IMG/VR virus record: IMGVR_UViG_3300034088_000015
Span: 1-25,488 of that record
Direction: 5' to 3' (one strand)
DNA from: a virus
Lineage: Duplodnaviria > Caudoviricetes
Length of the DNA stretch: 25,488 nt
The translations under genes and the position numbers were made by a program. This document shows, in pieces, positions 1 to 7,773 of the stretch (the first letter of the stretch is position 1; every line of letters starts with the position of its first letter). Below the pieces are notes generated by a model, which saw only the letters and a list, made by a program, of their open reading frames with translations, ran no database searches and had not been told where the DNA came from.

Positions 1-1
1 T

Positions 2-214
2 GGTGATGCGCTCCGGTACGTCAAGGACCAGACCGAGGCCGTCTGCCTGAAAGCCGTGGAAGAGAACGGCTATGCGCTCCAGTACGTCAAGGACCAGACC
101 GAGGCCGTCTGCCTGAAAGCCGTGGAAGAGAACGGCTATGCGCTCCAGTACGTTCTTTCATCGGAGCTTTTCGTCAAAATCGCTGCACAACTTAAAATTG
201 CGATCGACCAATAA
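2..214 (+). CDS. 3' end of a DUF4116-like tandem-repeat protein (5' truncated by window edge)
   Basis: Not in ORF track. Frame 2 reads GDALRYVKDQTEAVCLKAVEENGYALQYVKDQTEAVCLKAVEENGYALQYVLSSELFVKIAAQLKIAIDQ, ending at TAA 212-214. The 'AV..NG.AL.YV' 22-aa repeat is typical of DUF4116. Confidence 0.8.
   Translation, partial: GDALRYVKDQTEAVCLKAVEENGYALQYVKDQTEAVCLKAVEENGYALQYVLSSELFVKIAAQLKIAIDQ
17..153 (+). repeat. Perfect 66-bp tandem repeat (2 full copies + partial) encoding the 22-aa unit
   Basis: tacgtcaaggaccagaccgaggccgtctgcctgaaagccgtggaagagaacggctatgcgctccag at 17-82 and 83-148, then tacgt. Confidence 0.95.
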
Positions 215-245
215 ACAATTGAGGACATAACGTGGAGAGAGGAAA

Positions 246-1016
246 ATGACAGCAGCAGCTGAGAGACATAGATTCATCATATCGGGCGGCCGCATCGTCC
301 AGGGCAGCCCGACCTTCAAGCAGGATAAGGACTACTACGGCAAGCCGAAGGAGAAGCCCAACTGGTTCCTCGCTGTTGCGGTGCCGAAGAGTCATCCGTC
401 AGCGTCGACGGCGCTCAACACGATCATGCAGATCGCCTGGAACGGATACCAGAACGCACCGAACATCTTGCAGCAGATACAGGCAGGACTTGGTGGTAAC
501 TTCCGCTGGAAGGTGGAGGACGGCGACGCAGCGATCAACGCCAGCAAGGAGGGATTTGCCGGCTGTTGGGTATTCAACCTCAGCACGAGCCTTGGCGTGC
601 CGCCCTGCGTCAACATGAACTACCAGCCGATCGACCCGAATTCCGTCCGCACCGGCCACTACGCCGACGTCGCGGTGAGCTGCCTGGTCAACGGCCTTCT
701 CGACGCGAACGCCGGCGTCTACCTCAATCCGGACATGATCATGGTCACCGGCCTGGGACAGGAGATCCAGAGCGGGCCGCCAGCACAGCAGCTCTTCGCT
801 GGTCACGTTCCGCAGGTGCCGGCCGGCGCGAGCCCTACGACACCGGGCTTTGCCCAAGGTGCGGTGGCAGGCGCGACGACGGGCGGCCCTGCGGCTACTA
901 CCGCTCCCGGTTTCTCCCAGGCGACTGCATCCCCTTTTAATACGCCGGCGGTCGGACCGGGAAACGCCGCTCAGGTTTTCCCGGGCGCAACGCCGCATCA
1001 GGGCTTCGGGAGGTAG
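246..1016 (+). CDS. Phage single-stranded DNA-binding protein (T7 gp2.5 / DUF2815-like OB fold) with Pro/Ala/Gly-rich tail
   Basis: GRIVQGSP...AVAVPK...WKVEDGD...EGFAGCWVF...GHYADVAV...GVYLNPDMI pattern of gp2.5-like SSBs; RBS ggagagagga before ATG. Confidence 0.8.
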   Translation: MTAAAERHRFIISGGRIVQGSPTFKQDKDYYGKPKEKPNWFLAVAVPKSHPSASTALNTIMQIAWNGYQNAPNILQQIQAGLGGNFRWKVEDGDAAINASKEGFAGCWVFNLSTSLGVPPCVNMNYQPIDPNSVRTGHYADVAVSCLVNGLLDANAGVYLNPDMIMVTGLGQEIQSGPPAQQLFAGHVPQVPAGASPTTPGFAQGAVAGATTGGPAATTAPGFSQATASPFNTPAVGPGNAAQVFPGATPHQGFGR

Positions 1017-1018
1017 CG

Positions 1019-1228
1019 ATGTTCGAACTGAGAGCTTGCAAGCTCCTGCCGTGTCACTGGATCGTCCATAGGCTTGACAATCTCGGACGGGCAGTCGAGT
1101 GGTGGATTACACCTCGTCGATTAGATGGCTGGTTAGATCGGATCAAATTGCCTGCGGGACACGCATTGGCGACGATTGTCGTCCCGCAGCACCTCATGTT
1201 TTTTCCTAGGCGCTACGTCGCCGAATGA
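1019..1228 (+). CDS. Hypothetical protein
   Basis: ATG 2 nt after SSB stop with ggaggt upstream; no recognisable motif. Confidence 0.55.
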   Translation: MFELRACKLLPCHWIVHRLDNLGRAVEWWITPRRLDGWLDRIKLPAGHALATIVVPQHLMFFPRRYVAE

Positions 1229-1245
1229 GATTTATCAGACACGAC

Positions 1246-1273
1246 ACGACGCGACGAAACCACGTCGCGTCGT
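1246..1273. terminator. Hairpin between convergent genes; possible bidirectional terminator
   Basis: 11-bp perfect inverted repeat acgacgcgacg-aaacca-cgtcgcgtcgt between stops at 1228 (+) and 1345 (-); no strong U tract. Confidence 0.45.
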
Positions 1274-1344
1274 CCTTGGGCCGGCGCCAGATGACCGGCG
1301 TATCGTCGTCGACATTTTCAAAGTTCTCCTTGGTCAGTTTCACC

Positions 1345-2364
1345 CTATGCCGCCTTCCGTTTCGCAATTCGCCAGACATTTGCTTCTCCATATAAGTCGC
1401 CGGCCGCCACCCACTGGGCCAGCCAGCCGCGTGCGCCGCATACCGTCGTGCGCGGTACGCCTGGAAACAGTTTAGCGATCTGCGACTGAGACGCCACCAC
1501 TTCACCGCCATACCGGTCGATATGTGCGCGAATGATGCGTAGACCCTCGTCCTTGGTGAGCCGCTGCTTTTGCTCTTGCTCTTGCTCTTGCTCTTGCTCT
1601 TGCTCTTGCTCTTGCTCTTGCTTCCCGCTCGTGAAGATCCGACCAAAGCCGGTATAGATGTCCTCGAGGCCGGAGTAGCCGAGAAGCGCGCCGCCCTGGC
1701 AGATCATAACGAATATCGCCGCTACAACCATGGAGCCCTCAGGTGACATGGTGTCCGTGCGGGCCGTGGCTATCTTGTCGCCCTGACTGTCGGCATCGAT
1801 GACCTGCGCGCGGTAGGCGTCGCGGGCTTCGGCCTGGCTCTGACGCTCGAGCGCCCTGGTATAGGCTTCGGCGGCTGCCTTGCACCGCGTGACGCGCTGG
1901 CAGGCGCCTCGCTCGCCGACTGCGGTCTCCGCGGCTGCGGTCTGCTCGTCGGCGGTTCTCTTGGCCGTGAGGGCGATCTGCCTCAGGGCCTCGGTGTCGC
2001 CGGTCTCGGTGATGGTGGCGAGACGATCGCGCGCGAGCCTGGCATCCTGTATCTTGACGGTCTTCTGCCGGACGATCTCCGCGCTCTCGGCTGTCGCTTT
2101 ATTCATCGAACCGGCATAGGTCATCCAGCCCGCCCATGCGGCGGCCAGGAGGCAGATCGCCTTGAGCACTCCCTGCCACCCGCGCCAGGGCAGGATGACG
2201 ATTAGCAGGGCTGACGCCGCGGCGATATGCGCAAACTGCGGATTGATCGACGTGAAGTGGTTCAGGTTGTTAATGACGTCGGTCCGCACGAAGAACGCGG
2301 CGAAGCCGACAAAGACCAGGCCGCGCAAGATTTGCGCGCCGGGTGATGCGGTGGTATCTTGCAT
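1345..2364 (-). CDS. Multi-pass membrane protein with coiled-coil, (QE)n linker and C-terminal HTH-like domain
   Basis: Three N-terminal hydrophobic segments, Ala/Arg/Glu-rich helical middle, fourth TM (MVVAAIFVMICQGGALLG), QE repeat, then SQSQIAKLFPGVPRTTV (HTH-like); RBS aaggag. Confidence 0.75.
   Translation of the reverse strand: MQDTTASPGAQILRGLVFVGFAAFFVRTDVINNLNHFTSINPQFAHIAAASALLIVILPWRGWQGVLKAICLLAAAWAGWMTYAGSMNKATAESAEIVRQKTVKIQDARLARDRLATITETGDTEALRQIALTAKRTADEQTAAAETAVGERGACQRVTRCKAAAEAYTRALERQSQAEARDAYRAQVIDADSQGDKIATARTDTMSPEGSMVVAAIFVMICQGGALLGYSGLEDIYTGFGRIFTSGKQEQEQEQEQEQEQEQEQKQRLTKDEGLRIIRAHIDRYGGEVVASQSQIAKLFPGVPRTTVCGARGWLAQWVAAGDLYGEANVWRIAKRKAA
1570..1622 (-). repeat. 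Hexamer microsatellite (TTGCTC)8 + partial, encoding poly-(Gln-Glu)
   Basis: Eight perfect ttgctc units 1570-1617 followed by ttgct; in-frame within 1345..2364. Confidence 0.95.
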
Positions 2365-2392
2365 GACTTAGCTCCTTTGTTAGTGACTGATC

Positions 2393-2421
2393 CGGCGGAA
2401 CACGGCCAATTTGTTCCGCCG
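2393..2421. other. Intergenic hairpin (10-bp stem)
   Basis: cggcggaaca-cggccaatt-tgttccgccg between 2440 stop and 2364 start. Confidence 0.5.
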
Positions 2422-2439
2422 AATGGAATTTACTTATGC

Positions 2440-2745
2440 TCACTGTAGCATTGCCACTGGGTAACAGAACCCGCATTCGTTGTAGTAGGGAAGTTCAGCA
2501 CCTGCGATCCAGGCCGTCTCCCAGGCTTGGAAGTCTTTCAGGAGGTCAACGACCTCGCCCAGGAGGGGATTGCGCTTGAAGTCTTCTGGATAACCGCAAC
2601 CGGTCGTTAGGTTGCTGAATTCTTCGTAAATGATTGTGATTGCTTGGTTTTCAACTTCACCGTAGTGCTTGAGGATATATTCACACACTTGGTGACATTG
2701 CGTATTGCGGGTGACCTTCATGATTCTTTTGGGTGTGCATGTCAT
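2440..2745 (-). CDS. Hypothetical protein, first large gene of leftward early operon
   Basis: 101 aa, RBS gaggaga upstream, several Cys; no family recognised. Confidence 0.65.
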   Translation of the reverse strand: MTCTPKRIMKVTRNTQCHQVCEYILKHYGEVENQAITIIYEEFSNLTTGCGYPEDFKRNPLLGEVVDLLKDFQAWETAWIAGAELPYYNECGFCYPVAMLQ

Positions 2746-2892
2746 ATCGTTTCTCCTCTCGGTTCTCTTCTCGTCTCCCGGCTCTTCAGGGCTCTCATCC
2801 CCTCTCTTCCGGCTTTTCGGGTTTTCCTGGGTCTCCGCTTGGGTCTCCGACCTTCCAGGTTTGGGCTGTCCCGTCGCCCTGTCTATGAATAT

Positions 2893-2921
2893 AATATAGC
2901 TAGTAATGTTGAGTGAGTCAA
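2893..2921 (-). promoter_or_regulatory. Leftward sigma70-type promoter
   Basis: Minus strand TTGACT (2921-2916) - 17 nt - TATATT (2898-2893), in an AT-rich intergenic region. Confidence 0.75.
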
Positions 2922-2934
2922 CAATAAAAATGCG

Positions 2935-2964
2935 TTGACTTAAATTTTTTTTGATACGATAAAT
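2935..2964 (+). promoter_or_regulatory. Rightward sigma70-type promoter for HTH-helicase-polymerase operon
   Basis: TTGACT at 2935-2940 back-to-back with the leftward -35; the -10 is ambiguous (GATAAA at 17 nt or ATAAAT at 18 nt); RBS aggaggt follows. Confidence 0.5.
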
Positions 2965-2984
2965 ATTTTAGGAGGTAAAAGTCA

Positions 2985-3197
2985 ATGACCGGAGATGAAG
3001 CAAAGCAGGCGAGGCGAAAGTTACGCCTCAATCAGCAGCAGCTGGCTAAGCTGTGCGGGATCAGACGTGACTGGGTCTCGCAGATCGAATCCGGCAAGAG
3101 CCCTGTGCCGGTCTATCTGCAGACTATCCTGAGGCTCGCGCAACACACGCCCAGCGGTCTCGATACCTGTCTGGAGGCCGTTGATGCAGCTGACTGA
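2985..3197 (+). CDS. XRE/Cro-like helix-turn-helix transcriptional regulator
   Basis: ARRKLRLNQQQLAKLCGIRRDWVSQIESGKSPVP is a classic HTH_3 pattern; strong RBS aggaggt. Confidence 0.9.
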   Translation: MTGDEAKQARRKLRLNQQQLAKLCGIRRDWVSQIESGKSPVPVYLQTILRLAQHTPSGLDTCLEAVDAAD

Positions 3198-4593
3198 TGA
3201 GCAGGAGGTTGCGGTCTCAGCGTTTACGACCGGCGAGAGCCTGCGCCTGGTCGCCTACGCCGGCGCCGGCAAGACCTCGACGCTGACGGCGATGGCCGCT
3301 GCGCGCCCCGAGAAACGAGGCCTGTACGTCGCGTTCAACAAGGCGATAGCGGACGACGCCGCGCGCAAGTTTACCAACACGCGTGTTGAGTGCCGGACGG
3401 CGCACAGCCTGGCGTTTCGCGAGGTGGCAGGCATGGGTTACGCGACGGAGAAGATGACCGCGTCGCTCACGGCGAAGTCCTCGGCGCTCAACTTTAGGAA
3501 CATGGCCGCCTTCTACAATGTCGAGGTCTCGCCGTCGCTCTTCGGGCAGCTTACCCTCGGTACACTCCGACGGTTCTGTCAATCCGATGACCCCGAGGTC
3601 GCCCTCGCGCACGTCCCGGCCGCTGCCCGGCCGCTGGCCCGGGAGCTGCGGCGTTCGGTGGCCGATGCCGCCGCGGATCTCTGGGCGCGCCAGACGGACC
3701 CGTGTGATCCCATGCCCCTCGGTCACGACGGCTACTTGAAGGTCTGGGCACTGAGTAATCCACGGTTGGACCAGTCCTACGCCTACCTGCTCATCGATGA
3801 GGCGCAGGATCTCAATCCGGTACTGATCGGTGTCGTCGCCCGGCAGGAGTGTCAGGTGGTGGCCGTCGGGGACCCCTGGCAGCAGATCTATGAGTGGAGG
3901 GGTGCCCGTGACGCCCTGCGGGTCCTGCCGGGCCGCGAGCTGCGGCTGACCCGGTCCTTTCGGTTCGGCGAGAAGATCGCGGCCTACGCCTGGCGGCTCC
4001 TCGAGGCCTGCGGCGAGACGCACCGGCTCTGCGGCACGAGCGCCGCGGGCAGCGTGACCCGGCCGGACTCCCTCCCGGAGGCGCTCCTCTGCCGCACGAA
4101 CGTCGGTGCCGTGCGCTGGATCATGCGCTACACGGATCTCGGCTCGCCGGTCTGCGTGCCGGGTGGCGTCGGTCCCGCGCTCGCTCTCGTACGTGATGCC
4201 GAGAGACTCCAGCGTGGCTACGCCGCCGAGACGCCGGAGCTGCTCGGATTTGACTCCTGGCCGGAGGTGGTCCGCTACGCCGAGACCGAGGAGGGCGCCG
4301 GCCTGCGGGCGGTCGTCGAGCTCGTCGAGCGCTACGGCATCGAGCGGCTCAAGTCATATCTCGATCAGGTGATCGCGCGGCCCGTGCCTGACTGCGTGAC
4401 GATCAGTACGGCCCACCGGGCCAAGGGCCTGGAGTGGTCGCGGGTCGAGGTGGCCGACGACTTCGGCCGGCACGGGGAGATCCCGCTGGCGGAGAGAAGG
4501 TTATTCTACGTGGCATGCACGCGCGCGCGGTACGAGCTAGCAGTCGAGCCAGGAGTGGCCGCGGGTTATTTGAGAAGTGGGGATGAATCATGA
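3184..4593 (+). CDS. UvrD/Rep-like superfamily 1 DNA helicase
   Basis: Q-motif LTDEQ, Walker A AYAGAGKT, AFNK, TAHSLA, Walker B LIDEAQD, VGDPWQQIY, LTRSFRFG, STAHRAKGLEW, LFYVACTRAR. ATG 3184 with ggagg upstream is preferred over TTG 3181. Confidence 0.93.
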   Translation: MQLTDEQEVAVSAFTTGESLRLVAYAGAGKTSTLTAMAAARPEKRGLYVAFNKAIADDAARKFTNTRVECRTAHSLAFREVAGMGYATEKMTASLTAKSSALNFRNMAAFYNVEVSPSLFGQLTLGTLRRFCQSDDPEVALAHVPAAARPLARELRRSVADAAADLWARQTDPCDPMPLGHDGYLKVWALSNPRLDQSYAYLLIDEAQDLNPVLIGVVARQECQVVAVGDPWQQIYEWRGARDALRVLPGRELRLTRSFRFGEKIAAYAWRLLEACGETHRLCGTSAAGSVTRPDSLPEALLCRTNVGAVRWIMRYTDLGSPVCVPGGVGPALALVRDAERLQRGYAAETPELLGFDSWPEVVRYAETEEGAGLRAVVELVERYGIERLKSYLDQVIARPVPDCVTISTAHRAKGLEWSRVEVADDFGRHGEIPLAERRLFYVACTRARYELAVEPGVAAGYLRSGDES

Positions 4594-4943
4594 AACGTTC
4601 AGGAAAGTACATCATTTTTAACAACGGTCAGATGATCGGGATCGATACGATTTTGTTTGTAATCTTTATATTGATCATTGGAATCTTAATTTTATCAACG
4701 TCAGCATTTAGCGCTACACATCGGGAAGCTGTTCTGAGGGTTCTTCGTGATCCGAACAGTGCGATATTTGGTCCGAGTTACATTGGCAAATATGGCGCTG
4801 GCTGCGGTCTGGTGAACGCAAGGAACGGCTTTGGGGGAATGTCCGGTATGCGACGATACGTAGTGGCCGGAAGGATAACGATGATTGATGACGGAAAATT
4901 AGCATTTGAAATGACTTGGAACGATCTTTGTAAATTAAAATGA
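4590..4943 (+). CDS. Hypothetical membrane-anchored/secreted protein (AT-rich)
   Basis: ATGA overlaps with both neighbours; hydrophobic ILFVIFILIIGILILS then LRDPNSAIF...CGLVNARNGFGGMSGMRRY. Confidence 0.75.
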   Translation: MKRSGKYIIFNNGQMIGIDTILFVIFILIIGILILSTSAFSATHREAVLRVLRDPNSAIFGPSYIGKYGAGCGLVNARNGFGGMSGMRRYVVAGRITMIDDGKLAFEMTWNDLCKLK

Positions 4944-6775
4944 CTGAGGTCGTCTACGACACCGAGACCTTCCCCAACTTTTTTCTCTGCGGCCTGCAGG
5001 TCGCCGGCGTGCCCGGCTGCTACTTCTATGAGGTGTCGGCCCGACGGAATGACGCGCCCACTCTTGCAGCGATCTTGCCCACCTTCCGGCGTATGGTCGG
5101 CTTTAACAACCTCCACTTCGATTATCCCCTGCTCCACCACCTGCACGCCATGGTCGCCTCCGGCGAGGCCGCGGCGATCGGCGGCGAGGCGACGGCGCTC
5201 CGCTTGTTCAACCTGGCGCAGGAGATCATTGACGCCGGCCCTGCGTCCCGCGGCAAGTATCGCGTCTGGGAGCGCCACCAGCTCTCGCCGCAGCTCGATC
5301 TCTTTCTCCTCCACCACCTCGACAACCGGGCGCGGATGACCAGTCTCAAGGCGCTGCAGGTGGCCATGCGGTCGCCTCGTGTGCAGGAGATGCCGTTCAA
5401 GGTCGGTTCCGTGTTGACATCAGAGCAGATGGATCAGACCATTGATTACTGCGCCAACGACATTAGCGAGACGGACCGCTTCCGCGCCTCCTCCGCCGAT
5501 GAGATCGCCTTCCGCGAGGAGCTCGGCGAGCGGTATCTCAACATGTCAGACGCCGCCATCGGCAAGGACATCATGAGACGGGAGCTCGAGGCGCGGAAGC
5601 CCGGCTGCACGCAGCTCTCCACCGTCCGGAGCACGGTCCCGCTCGCCGATGTCATCCTGCCGTATATCCAGTTTCGGCACCAACCCTTCCGGGAGGCCCT
5701 GGATCGCTTCCGGAATGTGGTCGTATGCTGTGACGCCGTCCGCGACGCATTCTCCGGCGCGTCGGCTCACCACCGAGGGTTGACCTACGACTTTGGCGTC
5801 GGTGGTCTTCATGGCAGCGTCGGACCAGCGGTCGTCATGGCGGACTCGGACCGTGAAATCCTCGACGTCGACGTTGTGTCGTACTATCCCACCTTCGCCT
5901 TCACCAACGGCCTGTACCCCCTCCACCTTGGCGCCGTCTTCTGCGAGTGTAGCCGCGAGCTGTTTGCCAGGCGCCAGCGGCACGCGAAGGGCACACCGCA
6001 GAACAAGGCGCTGAAGCTCGCCAACAACGCCGTCTTTGGTGATAGTGGCAACCCGTATAGTCGCGGGTTCTACGATCCGGCCTTCATGCTCGCCACGACG
6101 ATCAACGGCCAGCTGCTCCTGTGCATGTTGGCTGAGGCATTGACGGAGATCCCCTGCCTCGAGGTCCTGCAGGCGAACACTGACGGACTCACCGTCCGGT
6201 TCCCGCGTGCCGAACGTCAGCGGGTCGATGCGACCCTTGCCTGGTGGGAGGCCGGGACTGGCCTGAAGCTCGAGAGCACGTCATACCGCCGCCTGTGGAT
6301 CCGCGACGTCAACAACTATCTCGCCGAGCGGGAGGACGGCAAGGTGAAGCGGAAAGGCGCCTACGAGTATGACTTCTCATGGTGGCAGGATCCGAGCATG
6401 CCAGCGGTGGCCAGGGCCACAGAAGCCGCGCTCGTGCGAGGCGAGGACGTCGAGACGTTCCTGCGGCGCCGCCTGGCGGAGGATCCATGGGACTTCCTGA
6501 TCCGCGCCCGCGTGCGGGGCCGCGATCGCCTCGAGTGGGGCGGTCGGCCCGCCCAGAAGACGACGCGATATTACGTCAGCCGCGGCTGGCGCGGGGCACC
6601 TCTCGTCAAGATCATGCCGCCGTTGGCCGGCAAGACGACGGAGAGACGAACGGTCCTGCAGGAGGGGCGGCCGGTCGTGCTCTGTGACGTATTCGACGGC
6701 CAGCCGCCCGACGACGTCGACCTGACGTGGTATGCCCGGCAGGCCCAAAAACTGCTATTGACCAAGCTATGGTAA
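4940..6775 (+). CDS. Phage DNA polymerase, family B, with 3'-5' exonuclease
   Basis: ExoI YDTET, ExoII GFNNLHFD, ExoIII YCAND; pol motif A DVDVVSYYP, motif B KALKLANNAVFG, motif C ANTDG; KRKGAY. Confidence 0.92.
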   Translation: MTEVVYDTETFPNFFLCGLQVAGVPGCYFYEVSARRNDAPTLAAILPTFRRMVGFNNLHFDYPLLHHLHAMVASGEAAAIGGEATALRLFNLAQEIIDAGPASRGKYRVWERHQLSPQLDLFLLHHLDNRARMTSLKALQVAMRSPRVQEMPFKVGSVLTSEQMDQTIDYCANDISETDRFRASSADEIAFREELGERYLNMSDAAIGKDIMRRELEARKPGCTQLSTVRSTVPLADVILPYIQFRHQPFREALDRFRNVVVCCDAVRDAFSGASAHHRGLTYDFGVGGLHGSVGPAVVMADSDREILDVDVVSYYPTFAFTNGLYPLHLGAVFCECSRELFARRQRHAKGTPQNKALKLANNAVFGDSGNPYSRGFYDPAFMLATTINGQLLLCMLAEALTEIPCLEVLQANTDGLTVRFPRAERQRVDATLAWWEAGTGLKLESTSYRRLWIRDVNNYLAEREDGKVKRKGAYEYDFSWWQDPSMPAVARATEAALVRGEDVETFLRRRLAEDPWDFLIRARVRGRDRLEWGGRPAQKTTRYYVSRGWRGAPLVKIMPPLAGKTTERRTVLQEGRPVVLCDVFDGQPPDDVDLTWYARQAQKLLLTKLW

Positions 6776-6787
6776 TTGCCCTATATT
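6758..6787 (+). promoter_or_regulatory. Promoter overlapping the end of the polymerase gene
   Basis: TTGACC (6758-6763) - 17 nt - CTATAT(T) (6781-6787). Confidence 0.55.
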
Positions 6788-6879
6788 GACCTAGGGTCGG
6801 CGATAGAGAACGCAACGGTGCCCAAATTCCGCTCTGTCGTCGCGGGATCTCGCCGACCCAGCAGTCATCGGGGGAAAAC

Positions 6880-7023
6880 ATGGCTCAAATCTATCATGGA
6901 AAAATGACCATTCTGGAAGCGGGCAGGCGCGCACTGGCCCGAGCCTGGCGCCGTGACTTGGAGCGCCAGATTGCAAATATTAAAAAGCCCAAGTCCCATC
7001 TTCTGAAGAGCGTACTGGCGTGA
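6880..7023 (+). CDS. Small basic hypothetical protein (47 aa, absent from ORF track)
   Basis: MAQIYHGKMTILEAGRRALARAWRRDLERQIANIKKPKSHLLKSVLA; ggggaa upstream; stop overlaps next start (GTGA). Confidence 0.55.
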   Translation: MAQIYHGKMTILEAGRRALARAWRRDLERQIANIKKPKSHLLKSVLA

Positions 7024-7232
7024 AAGCGGATCTGCTTCGTCCGGAGCGATTACGTGCACTGAGGGCGGCTGTTTCCGCCGCGCTCTTTGCGTCCGTGGCC
7101 GACAGCCGACGCAGGAATTTGCGCAGGCACCTGGACCTCATAGATCGAATAATCCGCTACCCAGAGGCGGATCTGACGGACCGGCGAGCGGCAGACTCAG
7201 CGGGGTCGCTCGCCGGTCGGGAGAGAGCATGA
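7020..7232 (+). CDS. Small Arg-rich hypothetical protein
   Basis: GTG start overlapping previous stop; ATGA overlap with next gene. Confidence 0.5.
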   Translation: MKADLLRPERLRALRAAVSAALFASVADSRRRNLRRHLDLIDRIIRYPEADLTDRRAADSAGSLAGRERA

Positions 7233-7729
7233 CAACGCAAAAAGAAGTATTTGAGCGATTGGCCGATCTGGCTAACGGCATCAGGGCGGAGGCGGCAGCG
7301 GCCGCGATATCCAGGTTTCCGTTGGACTTTTCCGACGAGTTTCTGCGTGACACCGCGATAGACGAGTTGCGGGACCGAGGGCTCTACATACTGGAGACGC
7401 TTGACGACCTTTCGGACGAGAAGCGCGCCGCTCTCCTTGCAATGGCTGGATTTAGCGAACTACTGACGATTGCTAAGGAACACGGAGATTACAGCTTTGA
7501 AGGTGCCTGCTCAGAGCTCGAGCCAGAAGAAACCGACATTCGGAAGCTCTGTGAGGACCATGACATTGAACTACCTGGCGAAGACGACCTGCGACCTCAT
7601 GACGTGACCAGGATCGCCGCGCGGCTGGCGTTCTCGAATAATCCCTTCGAGTTTAGCGGTCTGCTCCGCGATCTCCGGGAGGCGTTCAAGGCGGCTGGTG
7701 TCAGTTGCGCTGAGACGTTTGAGCTTTAG
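7229..7729 (+). CDS. Acidic hypothetical protein
   Basis: 166 aa, Asp/Glu-rich, RBS ggagag, coupled to previous ORF. Confidence 0.75.
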   Translation: MTTQKEVFERLADLANGIRAEAAAAAISRFPLDFSDEFLRDTAIDELRDRGLYILETLDDLSDEKRAALLAMAGFSELLTIAKEHGDYSFEGACSELEPEETDIRKLCEDHDIELPGEDDLRPHDVTRIAARLAFSNNPFEFSGLLRDLREAFKAAGVSCAETFEL

Positions 7730-7773
7730 GAGCGGGAGGCGCGCCACGAAGGCGCGCCGGGGGGAGGAAACAA

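Noticed and set aside
17-153. 66-bp repeats as a CRISPR array or DGR template/variable repeat
   Set aside because: Copies are contiguous with no spacers, lie in-frame in a coding region and show no adenine-specific differences; no cas or reverse transcriptase gene in the window.
1206-1646. 146-aa ORF with (SK)n repeat
   Set aside because: Alternative frame of the (QE)n microsatellite inside the better-supported 1345..2364 gene.
2893-3197. Lambda-type cI/cro lysogeny switch
   Set aside because: Divergent promoters and a Cro-like HTH exist, but the leftward gene is not a repressor and no integrase is in the window; lifestyle cannot be called.
6794-6862. tRNA gene
   Set aside because: Terminal stem present but no TTC T-loop, D-loop or anticodon arm pattern.
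3217-6881. Long antisense or alternative-frame ORFs over helicase and polymerase (e.g. 3217..4023, 4778..5317, 5546..5983)
   Set aside because: Shadow ORFs expected in high-GC coding DNA; the sense genes have complete catalytic motifs.
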